Source of the DNA: Monocercomonoides exilis PA203
Lineage: Eukaryota; Protista; Preaxostyla
Direction of reading: 5' to 3'
Assembly: GCA_001643675.2 (NCBI GenBank)
Contig: LSRY02000017.1
Location: 496,001 to 560,000, forward strand
Length of the DNA stretch: 64,000 bases
How positions within the stretch are numbered: the stretch's first letter is position 1; the number at the start of each line of letters is the position of its first letter. Made by a program: the position numbers and the translations under genes. Positions 45,083-58,080 of the stretch are shown one piece after another. Below the pieces are notes generated by a model. That model saw only the letters and a list, made by a program, of their open reading frames with translations, did no database searches and was not told the origin of the DNA.

Positions 45083-47663
45083 ATGATGAAACATTGTTAT
45101 TTGTTTTTCCATGCTATTTTAGTGTTTTTTGGATTCACTCTATATGGAAAAAATGTGTTCACTCCAAAATGTCTTGAAGAGCTTGAAACTCCTCACGGGA
45201 TAATTACAAGCCCAGATGAAACGGTATTTGAATTTTTTTTTCAATTTTTCTTGGAACTGCATTTATTTGAGATAGAAATTTGCATTTTATACAACAAAAA
45301 TAAATTATGACACTAATGAAGAAATTTGTCGGTTATATATTGGTGATTCTAACTCAGAGAAGCCAAATTTATTGGATGTTGGATATACATCATTTTCAGA
45401 ATTGCATTGGACAGCCGATAACGATGTTATATCATTTGTCGTGGAAACAAACCATGTTTCGTCGCTTATTGTTTGGAATATTCAGACCAACGCTCACAAA
45501 AATATTTATTCATTTATCGCAACTCCATCAAATATTCGATGGAGCCCAAAAGGAAGCAGATTACTCTTCACCGCGCAAACTTATTTTGGAAAAAATTTAG
45601 AGGAAACTGTGAAAGAAGATAAAGATAAGGAAAAAAGAGCACATTTTGTTTCATATGATCGTACTCCAGTTTCAGAATTCTCATCTTTTCGAAATGGTAA
45701 ATATACCCATATATTCAGTCTTGTTACGAAAAAGGTTGAAGATGATACAAAATACGCTATTGATGAACAAAGTGCAAAGGATTTAATGAAAGATTTTGAG
45801 ACTGATTGCCCATCAGTCTTTCCTGAAGATCAACAGCAGTATGATATATCACCAGATGATCGCTATGTAGCATTTAATGCGCTGCCAAATGGACTAACTG
45901 CATTTAAAAATAATCAGCAAATATTCGTGGTGAACATTGAAACATTGGAGAAAGAAGTCATCACGGCTGGGGATGTTCGTCACTCTTGCCCAGTTTTCTG
46001 CCCAGTGATTGATGAAAGCATATCTCAAAAGAAACCAAGTTGGCGTTACATATTGTACCATCAGACGCATTTGCCCAATTATGAGACAGACGAAGAAGAA
46101 CTTGTGTTGTACGACCGGCTGTTTGACCAGCACGTCATGCTTTCCTCTGAATATCCATTTGGTTTATTCAGCACAGTGTGGTCGCCTCATCGGCCAGATC
46201 GCGTTTTTTCTCTTTGTGTTCGAAGGGGAAGGACTTTAATTGTACCAGTTCTGCTTGGGATTGAGCTTCCTGCAACTGCAGATACGTCTGATGAAGAGGA
46301 TAAGAGGAGTTACAATGGAAAGGAATGTTTAAAGGATGGCTTATTAAATTCGTTTGGGGGCAAAGTGATGGATGCAATCCCTGTTCATTCTATCGATCAA
46401 TTTGCTTTGCTTCAGGGAGATAAACTGATCTATGTGAGATCAACTCACAATTATCCCTTCGAAGTTTATGTATATTGTGAATCAAAAGAAACCACTCACC
46501 AAAATGGAGGAGAATCAGGAGAGGATGCTCGTATAAAGCAAGAAACAATGAAGTGGTACTATTCGTCTGATCCCAAATACTTTGGGCCTGTTCCTGAGTG
46601 TGTTCTATGTGGGCATACAATTTATCCTGTTCTGATGGACTCTTCAAAGGAGATTAAGCTGACAAGCTTCTGCGATGCAAGTCTAACTGAGTGTGCAACG
46701 TTGGAGCCTGCTTGGGATGTTTTCTGGAAAGGAGCTCGTGGCGAATGGGTGCATGGCTTTTACGTACCTGCAGCAGGCAGTGCATCTTCATTTTCAACAG
46801 AGAGCATTCAAAAAATGAGGAATATGCAAATTTCTCCATTTGAAGCCTCAATATCTCTTTATCCTGGATCTGGTTCTTATCAAAGAGCTGCTTTAAGCCC
46901 ACTTTTTTTGAATGTACACGGGGGTCCAGAGTCATGGACAGGTGATGAGTGGAACCCAGAAATCAACCCCGAGCTGTATTCACAGATTGGTTTTGGCGTA
47001 ATATCTCCCAACCCACACGGCAGCATCGGGTACGGATATGACTATGCCTGTTCTGTGCATGGCGAATGGGGTTCGCTTCCAGTGGAAGATCTGATGAGCG
47101 GAGTCGGAGCAATTTTGGCGCTTGATCAATCACTTGATGTGAACCGCATTTCTGCGCTGGGCCCGTCTTATGGAGGGTATCTGATGAACTGGCTGAATGG
47201 TGTTGGAGGAGGCATATTCAATTGCATGGTCTGCCATGGTGGAATCACAGACTGTGCGGACATGTACGGATCGAGCGACATTCCAATGTTCTTTGAGGTG
47301 GAAATGAGCGGAGTGCCTTGGAACTCGGCTGAACGGACAACACTTTCTGCAATGAAACAATATACCAAAAATAAAGAAAATGTTGATAAAGAAAGACAAG
47401 CAGACAAAAAACTGAACACATACGATTACTTTTCTCCGGGTCGTTTTGGAGCCAACTGGAAAGTGCCAACTTTGATCACGCACGGCGGCTGTGATCATCG
47501 CGTTCCCACACATCAAGGCTACATGGCATATCAGATTCTTCAGCACTTTGGTGTGCCTTCACGTTTTGTTCTGTTTCCAAAAGAGAATCATTACATCTTG
47601 GATAAATGGAACAGATTGCGTTGGCACACTGAAGTTATGAATTGGCTGCAGATGTACTCGTAA
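45083..47663 (+). CDS. S9 family serine peptidase (DPP5/acylaminoacyl-peptidase-like), with signal peptide
   Basis: Propeller repeats (WSPKG, ISPDD), VHGGPE, NPHGSIGYG, nucleophile motif GPSYGG, DHRVP and ENH; one intron near 45223-45274. Confidence 0.9.
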
Positions 47664-48074
47664 TTTTCTTTTATTATATAAATATTTATTTAATAGTTTG
47701 TTTGGAGAAATGTTTTTTTTTGTAAAGTTAATAATGAGTTCATCTTGCATTTAATAGAGATTTCATTTGATATTATTTTTGATTGTAAATTATTTGTATA
47801 TTGTTTCTGTCATTTTCAATGTTTCTTTTTATGTTTGAGAATATTCATCCGAAAATTACATTTATTTTGTAAAGTTAGAATATTTTGTTTTCATAATGAT
47901 TATCATCGATAAAAAATTTTTAATGTATTTCTATAAATGTGACTCGTCAATGTTTTACGAAATTCTCTCGTTTTATATGAAATATTTTTGTAAAGAAAGA
48001 CACTTCATATTTTTCAGTTTTTCTTGATCCAAAACTGAATTTATTTTCATGCAAACTAAAAATTCATTTTATCA

Positions 48075-51000
48075 ATGAATGCAATGAAATTATTTGTCAA
48101 GAATGGAATTGGAGGATTAAAGAATAATATTCTTTTAAGTATTTTGGAAGAATTAACTTCCTTGCGGGATCTAAAAACAGTTTGAATGAAAAATTAATCT
48201 ACTTTTTGGATTGCTAAATTTGAATTACAGTTTTTAATATTGTGTAGAACAACGAATAATTTAATGAATTGTCCTCAGTTTTCAAAAGCTATTGAACATG
48301 GTCTGAATTCTTTAATGCTTTTTTCACGATAAATATTAAAAATGTTGCTTTTTTGCAGTTACACATGATACAACAGCAAGTAACTATATAATTTTTGAGA
48401 ACATTGATGAATTTGAAGCAATTTGCGAAAAATGCACATCGCTTATGCCTTCGGAACTCGCTTTAAATTCTTTTTGTTTCCATTTGCCAACTCAAGCTCC
48501 ATCCATTGCAATTGAACCAAAAATTCAATCGTTTTGTTTTTATTCAGGTATTTTAGAGATAGTTCTTATTGTAAACATGTTTTCAAAAAAATTTTTTTGC
48601 AAGAAATGATAACGTTAGCAAATGAAAAACGGATTCCTTTTACAAGCGTTTTCTTTACAGATAGCTGCAACCACATGTATAAGAGAATGTGCTTATTTTC
48701 ACCTCTGCCTTCTGAAATGAAAGATATTGCGCGGCAGTGGATCCAAAACATTCCACTTCCATTTTCATCAATAAAGTGTAAAGAAGTCCGATTCAATGGT
48801 TATTATGGCTGTCTTCTCACAGGTACTGTATTGATTTTAATGACATTTAATGTGAATTATTTGTTAAATGCTAATTAATAAAGTCGGAGGTCAACTTGCA
48901 ACGTTCCGAATGAATGAAAAAGGAGAGCCTTCTCATCCACGAGAAGGGTGGATTCTAGTATGTTCAACAATTCATCTTCAATTTATTATTGTAACCTTAA
49001 AAATAAACATTGCTTGTGTTTTGTATCTTTGTTTCAGATTCCTCATTTTTCTTCTCCGGATGGCTTGGTTAAGAGTAGTCTTGGTATTTCTAGAGTTTCT
49101 TCATTTGATGTGGAAGATTGGGGTTCTGTCATTATAACTTTAGGTTTGTGTGGAATTAATTTAAAAATTTTTATTGAAAATATTTTTATCTTCTTCATCA
49201 TTATGTCAATTACGAATATATTTCCAAACTTTCATTTTTTTTTATGTTTATATGTGTGTGTGTAATGTAGAAAATCATGCTGTTTTTATGTTCGGAAATC
49301 TTCGTGAGTTACACCGTGCAGGCATTTTACTTCCACGATATGGACTTGTGGAGCTCACAAACAAGTCCTTGTTTCAGCCTCGATTTGTCAAAACCCTTTC
49401 ATTCTCACTCGACAAAGATAGGAAAGTCGAAAAAAAGGAGACATTTGCTGCCCCAAAAGAGCGGAAAAACAAGATTATTCTGAAAAAAGTCAAAGACAAA
49501 GAACGAAAAAAACATAAGAAAAAGGATACTCTCGAAAATGGATTTGGCAACAAAGTTCAAATAATGAAGCTTCAGAGGGAAATAAGGAGAACTTTTTTTC
49601 TTTCTCGTCCGAAAGCGACTGTTGCTGGAATGTATGATAGCGAGGAAGACATCACGTTCTCAAAGTCTGAAAGCGAAAATTCAGGTTCTTCAATCCTATC
49701 TGTTTCCCCTTCTCCTGTTTCCCCTTCTCCTGTTTCCCCTTCTCTTTCTCTTTCTCCTTCACTTTCTCCTTCACTTTCTCCTTCACTTTCTCCTTCTCCT
49801 TCCTCTTCTATTAGCACTTCAAGCAATAGCGTATTCATTTCATCGTTTCCCATTCCACATTCACCTGCTGTTTCCCCTCCTCCATCTTCATCTTTCACTT
49901 CATTTCCCACATCATCTTCTTCGATCCCATCTCATCCTCTGAGTGCAACATCAGCCAAAAACACCGCAGCCACTCCATCTGATGTGTTACCTTCAAGTTA
50001 CAACATCTCATCAGCTGCTGCCCCTTGCCCATCTCCAACGTCCAGCCCCACTTTTTTTTCAATTGCATATCCGAAGATGACTGTTCCCACACCTCCTTTA
50101 AACACATCACACGAAATTTTTCACTCGCAATCTTCTTTGAAATCATCTCCGCTTTCTCCACCCCCGTTTGCAGTGCATCCAAAAGTTGTTAAAGTTCGCA
50201 AAGTGTCTGCGAAAGAGTCATTAAAGCCGAAAGAAGCTTTGTCATTGAGCGACAAACCAGTTGCACAACCAAATCTGCAACAGAAGCTGGCAAAGACAGA
50301 AAGTTTGACAAAATTTCCTGTTCAGAAGGAATACACTCGGGGAGAGAATGATGAAGACGAAGATGATGGCGACGAGGAAATGATGAATTGGTGTGGAAGT
50401 CCGCCTGCTGTTATCGGTTCGGAGTATGGAATGTTTGGAAGGCATCGCATTGTTAAATTCATACCAAATGTGGGGCTGTACTTGACTGATGAAGGAATAG
50501 TGTTTTTGTCAACAAACTACAGTTTGCAAACTATTGATTATTCTTTTGCTTGAATTTCATATGTACTTATGAAATAAATTGAATTTTTGCTTCAAAAATT
50601 ATTTCTTCGTTTAAATTGCAATGATCACTTCTCAACAGGTGAAAAAGAGCGTATGAAGTTGTTTTGCTCTCCAATGGATCCTTCTGTGTTCTTTGATGGT
50701 GCAAAAATTCTTGACATTCAAAGTTCGTTGCAGATTTATTTTATTGCAGATAACAACAGAATCTACCATGCTTGGCTCAGGGATTTGTTTGTTATTTTCT
50801 TTTTATTCATATTTTTTGTTTTTACAGTTTTATTTACAAAACATACGATGATTATTCAATTTTTCATTTTATCTGTAACATTTTACTTTATTTTTCGCAT
50901 ATGTTCAATCAATATTTGTTTTTCTCTTATTCTTCTTTTTTTGTTCTTTATTATTGCCTTTGTGCCTATTGCTCATTATTTAGCTGGATCCCTCGTCATC

Positions 51001-51333
51001 GGCGAATGCACGAGTTGCATTATCGCATTACCCCTATTCTAATGCCCACCCCTTTCATGTCGATTCGCTCAATCATTTGCCTCAATACTTTTGTTATTTA
51101 TGTGAAATGTGTGTCTTTTGAAGTATTTTTTTAATCAATTATTTATTTATTTTTTCCAATTACAAATTTTAGTGGATGGCAGTGTGTTTTCACAGAATGT
51201 TCTTTCGAATGCTACAACAGAAATTACGGGCTCGTTATATGAAATATTGCATTACCGTCACCCATCGAGTGAAAGCTTCGAAATAAAAACAATCATTCGA
51301 CATTCAAACAAAGTTGTTGTGCTTTATGACTGA
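48075..51333 (+). CDS. Hypothetical multi-exon protein, possible N-terminal F-box-like helix, central Ser/Pro-rich region
   Basis: A chain of short + strand coding segments separated by GT-AG introns; starts MNAMKLFVKNGIGGLKNNILLSILEELTSLRDL. Lys-rich patch and (SPSL)n repeats at 49700-49800. Boundaries are uncertain. Confidence 0.5.
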
Positions 51334-51642
51334 AAGTTATGATTTTTATGTTGAATTGTGTATATCAAATTTTTTAAAATGAAGATTGTTTTTCTTTTGA
51401 GATCGAACAAATATATTCATTAGACAAGTTTAAATGTGTTGTATTTTTCTTTCAATGATAATTTTCTGTTTCAATTTATTTTCTATTATGTTTTTCGCAG
51501 TCATTTTTTATTTTGTTTTATTTTTTCTTTTTTAGTTGAATTTCTGTACTTATCGTTATTTTCATCATTTTTATAATCATATTGTTAGAAATTATTAAAT
51601 CGATTTTAGTGTATTGAATGTTGAATTATTTTTCGTGAGACC

Positions 51643-51678
<36 letters not shown>

Positions 51679-53648
51679 AGATTTTGTTTTTTGATTTTTA
51701 ACCTTTGATTTTAATTTCAAAATTTTTGTAAAATCTTGATTATGAACGACTAACAACTATGGCTTCATTGATTATAACTGTGATTAAGTTTTTGAAATTT
51801 TTAATTTTTCATTTTATTTTTTCGTTTTCTTCTTTTTTTATAATTTTTTGTCATTATCTTATTTTTCCATTTTTTTTTTTTCATTGGTTCTTAAAAGTAT
51901 ATTTCTATAATTATTTTGAATCGAAGTTTTTACGGAAAAAAATACAATTTTTTAAACAATCAATTATCTATAAATCGATTGAGCGTTGAAAAATTTTAGA
52001 AAATTCACATAATAAAGATCAACAATATTTGCATAATATAATTAACTATCATGAGTTATTTTATTTAAATTTGTGTGATAATTTTTGTAATCATATTTTT
52101 TCTTTCAAGAACTTCGGTTCGAAATTTTCCCTTGAATATCAACATATGAACGCTGAAAAATGAAAAGGCTTATGCAAAAAATCAACATTTTTGTTTGAGC
52201 AATAAACGTTTGTTTGAAACACATTTGAAATGAATAAAGAATTCGAAAAGGAAAATTTTTTCCAAAAACGAACAATCTTTGGAAAAAACAACACCCCTAA
52301 AAAAGCAATGATTTGAAAAATAATCACCCATTTGTCAAAATATTTAGGAAAAGTTCCTTATAAAAAAATTATTCAGTTGAAAATGAAATTGCAATATTTT
52401 CTTCACATGTTCATTCCAACTCACCAAATGACACAAGAATGTTAATAGTAACAAAATAAAGGATTTGCTTTTATGTCGGTGAATCTTTTAGAGTAAAAAT
52501 GAAATTTTGATAGCAAAATTCAATTTTCATTTTCACATGAAAATTAAACAAAAAAACTTTCAAAAAATTACAGATATTACAAAAGAAAATTCAAGAATCA
52601 GGGTCAATGCAAATTGAGGGTTTTTCACTCAAGTGCAATAAACATTAGTGAAAATATATGTAACTTCAAGCTTTTTCAATGAAAAATAATGCTCTTTTTA
52701 TTGACTTTTTGTTATCAAAAAATTTGAATAAAATGGGGTTCATTTAATGAAATACGTGTGAAGGAACATAGCACTTTGCTGAATATTTCTATGATTCCTG
52801 TTTACAAATTGTTAACTCCGATTTTTTTGAAATTTGAGAAAGCGAAAAATGGTTATGAGTGAAGCAATTTTTTCATGCATTGTGCATAAAAAGCATGAAA
52901 GTCCGTATTTTCCCCTATATATCTAAATTAGCAGACAATTTAATGATAAACACATCTCACACATTGGTTATAAAAACGACTAATAAGTATTTAACTTTTA
53001 AATCAAAAACTTCTTTCAAAGATAAAAAGTGTTTTTTTATTTTTCTGAAAAACAGCACTTCGAAAATAATAATCGACAAAAAATCAAAGATGTTCTGCCC
53101 ATCAGAATAATAAGAAGGATAAAATATATTATTAAGAAAAGTTGAAAGTTCGATTCTGTATAATTAATAATTTTTCAGAAGGATTAAAAGTGTTACAAAA
53201 CAATTTGATATCTTTTGTGAATCGAGTATTAAAAAAGAGAACCAAATATAAATTTCAAATTTGAACATGAATGACGCACCTAATCGTACTTGGAAAAAAC
53301 ATTTTTGAAAATATTTACATCATTTTTTGATAAGATAAATACTTTTCGACATAAATTGAAGTATAAAAATAATTTCGCTTAATTCAATTAAATGTCATTC
53401 CAGAAGAAGAAAAATTTCAAATCAAAAATGATTTGTGTTGCAATTTCTAAAATATAATAATATGTAATAAATCTAAAAATAGCCAAAATTGAGAAAACAA
53501 AATCACTAATACAAACCACAACAAACAAAATACATAAAACCTTAACATAAACAAAATTTGATGGAACAAAATATATTTAACATTAAACAAAAACAAACAA
53601 ACAAAACAACAAACTAAACATAAAAAATTATTATAAATGTGAAGTTAT

Positions 53649-54468
53649 TTATGATTCTCCTGAACGAACTGCCATGAGTCGATTATCTAATTCCGATGGA
53701 TGTTCCTCAGTTTTGGCAGGTTCAGAAATCTGAAAAATTAAATGAAAAATTTAATTGTCTACAATAAACTGAAATATTTAATACTTTTTTTGTGGAAATC
53801 TTTTCAAATGACCCATCAAGTATGGACTGTATAGTTTTTTCAACTTCTGCATCTGCCTCTTCATCAAGATCTTCGTCCATGTCATCCATTGTTTCGGTAA
53901 TCATTTCGTCAACAACTCCAGCCTTAAAATAGATAGATAACATAACTAATTCATTAATAAAATTACAAAAAAAAGCACACCTTCATCATTTCTCGAGAAA
54001 GATCCTGCATTGTCTGAAAAACAAAAACGGAAATTATTGTTCATAAAACATATAAATAAAAACTGCTCAAACTTCTCTCAAAGATGGAAGCTTAAAACAT
54101 TCATTCATATGACCGATGATACCGCTTGCACCTTCGATTGCTTTTGTTGTTCGATAAATTGCGTATTGATGTTGGAGTTCTGATTCAATTGAATCAAGAT
54201 GTGAAGAGGCTGTATATAACCTTTCTCTCGATTTTTTGCTTCGTACAATTTCCTTTGCCAGAACTTTTGCGTTAACATTATCATTTCGTTGCAAGCAATC
54301 TCGAATTTCTCTCTTAACCTTTTGCTCACCATTTTCAATATCACGTATTTGTTTATCTGTTTCTCTCTTTGCTCTTCTAATAGATCGCTTCCATTCTCTA
54401 ATAAGTTCTTTTGGATCGTCTTTTGATTTTTGAAGCTGAGCATCACTTTGAGATGTATTTGGACCCAT
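53649..54468 (-). CDS. VPS24: ESCRT-III subunit Vps24/CHMP3, multi-exon
   Basis: DPKELIREWKRSIRR...AKVLAKEIVRSKK...RLYTAS...MQDLSREMMKAGVVDEMI...EEADAEVEK...LDNRLMAVRS. Confidence 0.92.
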
Positions 54469-54660
54469 TTCGTATAATTAACAATAATTATATACAAGAT
54501 CATAATTCTTCGTTAACATAAAAATAAATATCTTTTTAAAAAAAATGAATAGAATTATTGTATTTGAAGGTTCCATATTGTTTGCTTTCAAACAGAAATA
54601 TTTTCATATTATTATTATGTGCAAAGATCACTTTTTTTGATAGTTATCTCTTTTTGGAAA

Positions 54661-55411
54661 ATGTCAATTGTTGTCAATGAGATCTGCCCACCATTTTCAA
54701 CTTGGTACGGATACTGCGGAGCTGCAGCTGCTATTATCTTTGCTAGTGTGCCTTCAGCATTTTTGTTCAAAAAATAAATTAAATCTTTTTCTTCTAGACC
54801 TTGGATCAGCATATGGAACAGTCACTTCAGGAATGGGAGTATGCTCAATTGGGCCGTCTCATCCAAATATGGTCATGAAAGGAATTGTTCCAACAATTAT
54901 GGCTGGTTTCTTCAAATAATTAAAATTTTAATTAACAAAGTTTCTTAAACCACATTAATACGCAGGTATTTTATGTATTTATGGACTGATTGTAGCAATT
55001 ATTATTAACAGCTCAAGTTTGAATAATCATAATTGAGTATTTAATGTCGAATATAATTTTTTAAAGTAACAAAGGAATATACGTATTTCCAAGGATTTGC
55101 ACATCTCTCAGCCGGACTAATGGCTGGACTTAGTGCCCTTTGCGCGGGTATTGCAATTGGAGTTGTAGGAGAAGCTGGGGTTAGAAGTTATGCAAGAGAA
55201 CCGAAGTTGTTTGTTGGAATGCTTCTTATTCTTATCTTTGGGGAAGCTCTTGCATTATACGGACTTATTGTTGGTTTGATTGTTGGGACAAAGACACCTC
55301 AAAGTTTGTTTTTTCTTTCTTTCGCATTTTATGTTCCATTTTTTTTGCTTCATGATAATTTATATTATCTAATTTTTTTCAATAGATGGATGCGACTTTG
55401 TAAGGGTGTAA
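54661..55411 (+). CDS. V-ATPase V0 proteolipid subunit c (16 kDa), multi-exon
   Basis: [70 protein letters not shown]. Confidence 0.95.
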
Positions 55412-55785
55412 CCGATGACATTTACCAATTCCTTGATTTTTTTCTCATTTCCCACTTCTTTTTGTCAAATCACCTATTCTATCTGAGCTGTTAGTTGAAT
55501 ATTTAATCTAAGAATTATTATCTAACAATTATTTTCTTTATCTTTAAAATTTTTGTTTTGCTTCAACGAAAAAGCATCAAGCAATCAGAAGCAATAGATT
55601 AAACATGCTATGAAAAAGAAATGCTTTTGTGAAATCAGCAAATTTCAAGAAATGAAAGAGTTACAAAGTTTTGCGAGATATCTAAAAACCAAAATATGTA
55701 ATGAAAAGTTCATAAAACGTGAGTGATGGTGATGCAAAGAAAGAAGTGAAGATTTGTAATAGAAAAAAACAATACGTGAAGTAAT

Positions 55786-57386
55786 TTAGCGAGATGATGT
55801 GCCGAATTTGTCGTACCAAGAGTCATCCACCACATTTGAATAGAGCTCATCTTGGGCTTTCTTCCTCCTCCTCGCCTCTTCTGCAGCACGCTTATTCTCT
55901 TCCAAAAGCTGTCTTTCCATTTCTTTCTTCTCTCTTTCCGTTCTACGCTCATGCGCAGCCAAAGTCCTTGCAACAACCTCTGCTTCGTGTTCTTCTGCTT
56001 TTCGTTGTGCTTCTTCGGCTTCCTTTCGCAGCTGTTTTTATAGAAGTCCAAACACAAGAGTCATCAAATATAATCACAATAATAATGATACAGAGATTCA
56101 CAAATATTTAAAGAAAAAAAAGTGAAACAAAAAAAGCAATCCACAAAAATAGTCAACTTCATTTTTCTATTTCATCTTGAACAAACCTTTGCTTCTTCAA
56201 CCTGGTTCTTTTGGATGGCTTTGATTTCTTCGACTTGATCCGGAAGAAGGCCCTTGAAATGATCGGGACGGAATCTTCGAGGATTTTCAGCGGATATTGC
56301 CATCGTCATATCCTCATTCATTTCTCTCGACTTCAGCTCTCTTTCAATCTCATCCATCTCTTGCAGCATTTCTTGATGCTTCTGCTCGTTTGCTCTTTTC
56401 TTTTTCTCTTCAGCCTGTAGACGTTTTGTTTGCAGAAATAAAATGCCATGAACATTCAATTGTCCATGTTCAAACATTGTTTGTTGAATATATGTGACAA
56501 GTTCATAAATACAAAAAACATTCATTCTCAAACCATTCTTTTGTTTTCTTCCCAAATTCCATGAAGCATTTCTTTTCTGGCAAATTGCTCTTCTGCATCT
56601 AACTCTCTTAAACGTCTATCAACTTCTTCTTTTTTCATTTGTTCCAATCTAATTAAAATAATATCAAAAGATGCAAAAAGCAATCAACGCAATAAATAAT
56701 GTTTTTAAACAACTTTAATATACCTTTCCAAAGCTTCTTCATATTTTTTGCGATTTGCCTTTTCTTCCATTTGAGCAAGAGCCCATTCCCTTTGTTGTTC
56801 TCTTTGTCTTTTTTCCCTTTCATCATGGTCAAGATCTTCCCCCTCCATTTTTTGCAAGCCAGATACAGACAGTCTAGGATCATCATCGCCAACCTGAAAA
56901 TAATTAATGTTCATTTTTTAAAAACAAATGAAGGACAAAATATTTTTTTGAAAAAATAAATTGAATTGTTTTTTGATTGAACAAATTTTTTAAAACAAAA
57001 TTTGAAACCCTTGCAGGCAGTGACATTGCAGCTTCTGCTTCTGGGCTGAGGTCGTATTCTCTTCTTGTAGTTTTCTGTTGTTGAGTTTTATAAAAATTCA
57101 GAAGTTCTGCTCTTGCCTCCTCTCTTTCACGTTGAACTTGTGCTTCCATCTCCATAAGCTTTTTATCTGCTGCAAGCATTTCAGCTTCCAATGCAAGTTC
57201 TCGTGCCTTTTCATCTTCAATCCGTTTTTTCTTTTCTTCAATCTGTTTTTGTAAACCCTCATAATCCTGCCCAATAGTCCTCCATTTTACATCGAATATT
57301 CTCTTTTTCCTTTCTTCTTCTTGCCTTCTTCGACGCTCAACATCGCGAGCAATCTTATCTTCCTTCAATTCCGTGACAGGCAACAT
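55786..57386 (-). CDS. RIB43A: RIB43A-like axonemal microtubule inner protein, multi-exon
   Basis: ERRRRQEEERKKRIFD..RTIG, RREYDL, PARVGDDDPRLSVSGLQKMEGEDL, RFRPDHFKGL; ends KFGTSSR. Confidence 0.9.
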
Positions 57387-57445
57387 TATTTTAAACGGTT
57401 GTGATATTTGATCGTACTTCCCATTCACTTTTCTGTCAATAAAAA
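57387..57445. promoter_or_regulatory. Putative 59-bp bidirectional promoter region with a central GATC
   Basis: Spacer between the inferred ATGs of RIB43A (-) and UMP1-like (+); GATC at 57410-57413. Confidence 0.5.
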
Positions 57446-58080
57446 ATGAGTGTTTGCTTCCTCTTCATTTTTGGCTATGTTTATTAAGATTTATTTGCTT
57501 GCTTCTAGTTCGAAACAGTAGCACCTTTAAGTGAGACAAAATATTTGTTTAAACTTCCAACTCGCGATGTTGTTTTCTCCGAGGAAATATCAGAGGGTTG
57601 CAGTTCTCCAAAGGAATTACAACTTCCTCGAGTTGTACCCGTTGGAGAAACAAAAGTCATTGGGGTCATTCCAGCACTTGAAGATTTTCAAAAAAAGGCA
57701 CCAGCAGCAAAAGTTGAATTTTTAAAGAAACGAGAAGCTGCTCCTTCCTTTGGAGTAATGCACCAACAGGTGTTGCAACAAGAGCAAAAATTGATGGAAA
57801 GATTTTCTGCTCCAGAACTTAAACTCACTTCAGATTTTGTTATTTCAATGTGCGAAAAATCACATAAAATGTCACATTTCTCTGCTAATCCTTCAATTGA
57901 GACATATCTTGACAACGATGATGAAATTACATGGGCAGATATATATGATGGTTTGTTTCTTTTCATTTTTTGAATTAATTGTAATCTAACAATTTAATAA
58001 AAGAACCATGCGTTGTTGGGCCGAAGATCGTTAATCCAAGGAAAATTTTTGAAAAAACCATGCTTGATGACGATGTTTAA
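57446..58080 (+). CDS. Proteasome maturation factor UMP1/POMP-like (3 exons; first coding exon only 4 nt)
   Basis: ATG A|GT...AG|TA GCA restores the frame into ORF 57545. C-terminal PSIETYLDNDDEITWADIYD...NPRKIFEKTM resembles the UMP1 pattern. Confidence 0.6.
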
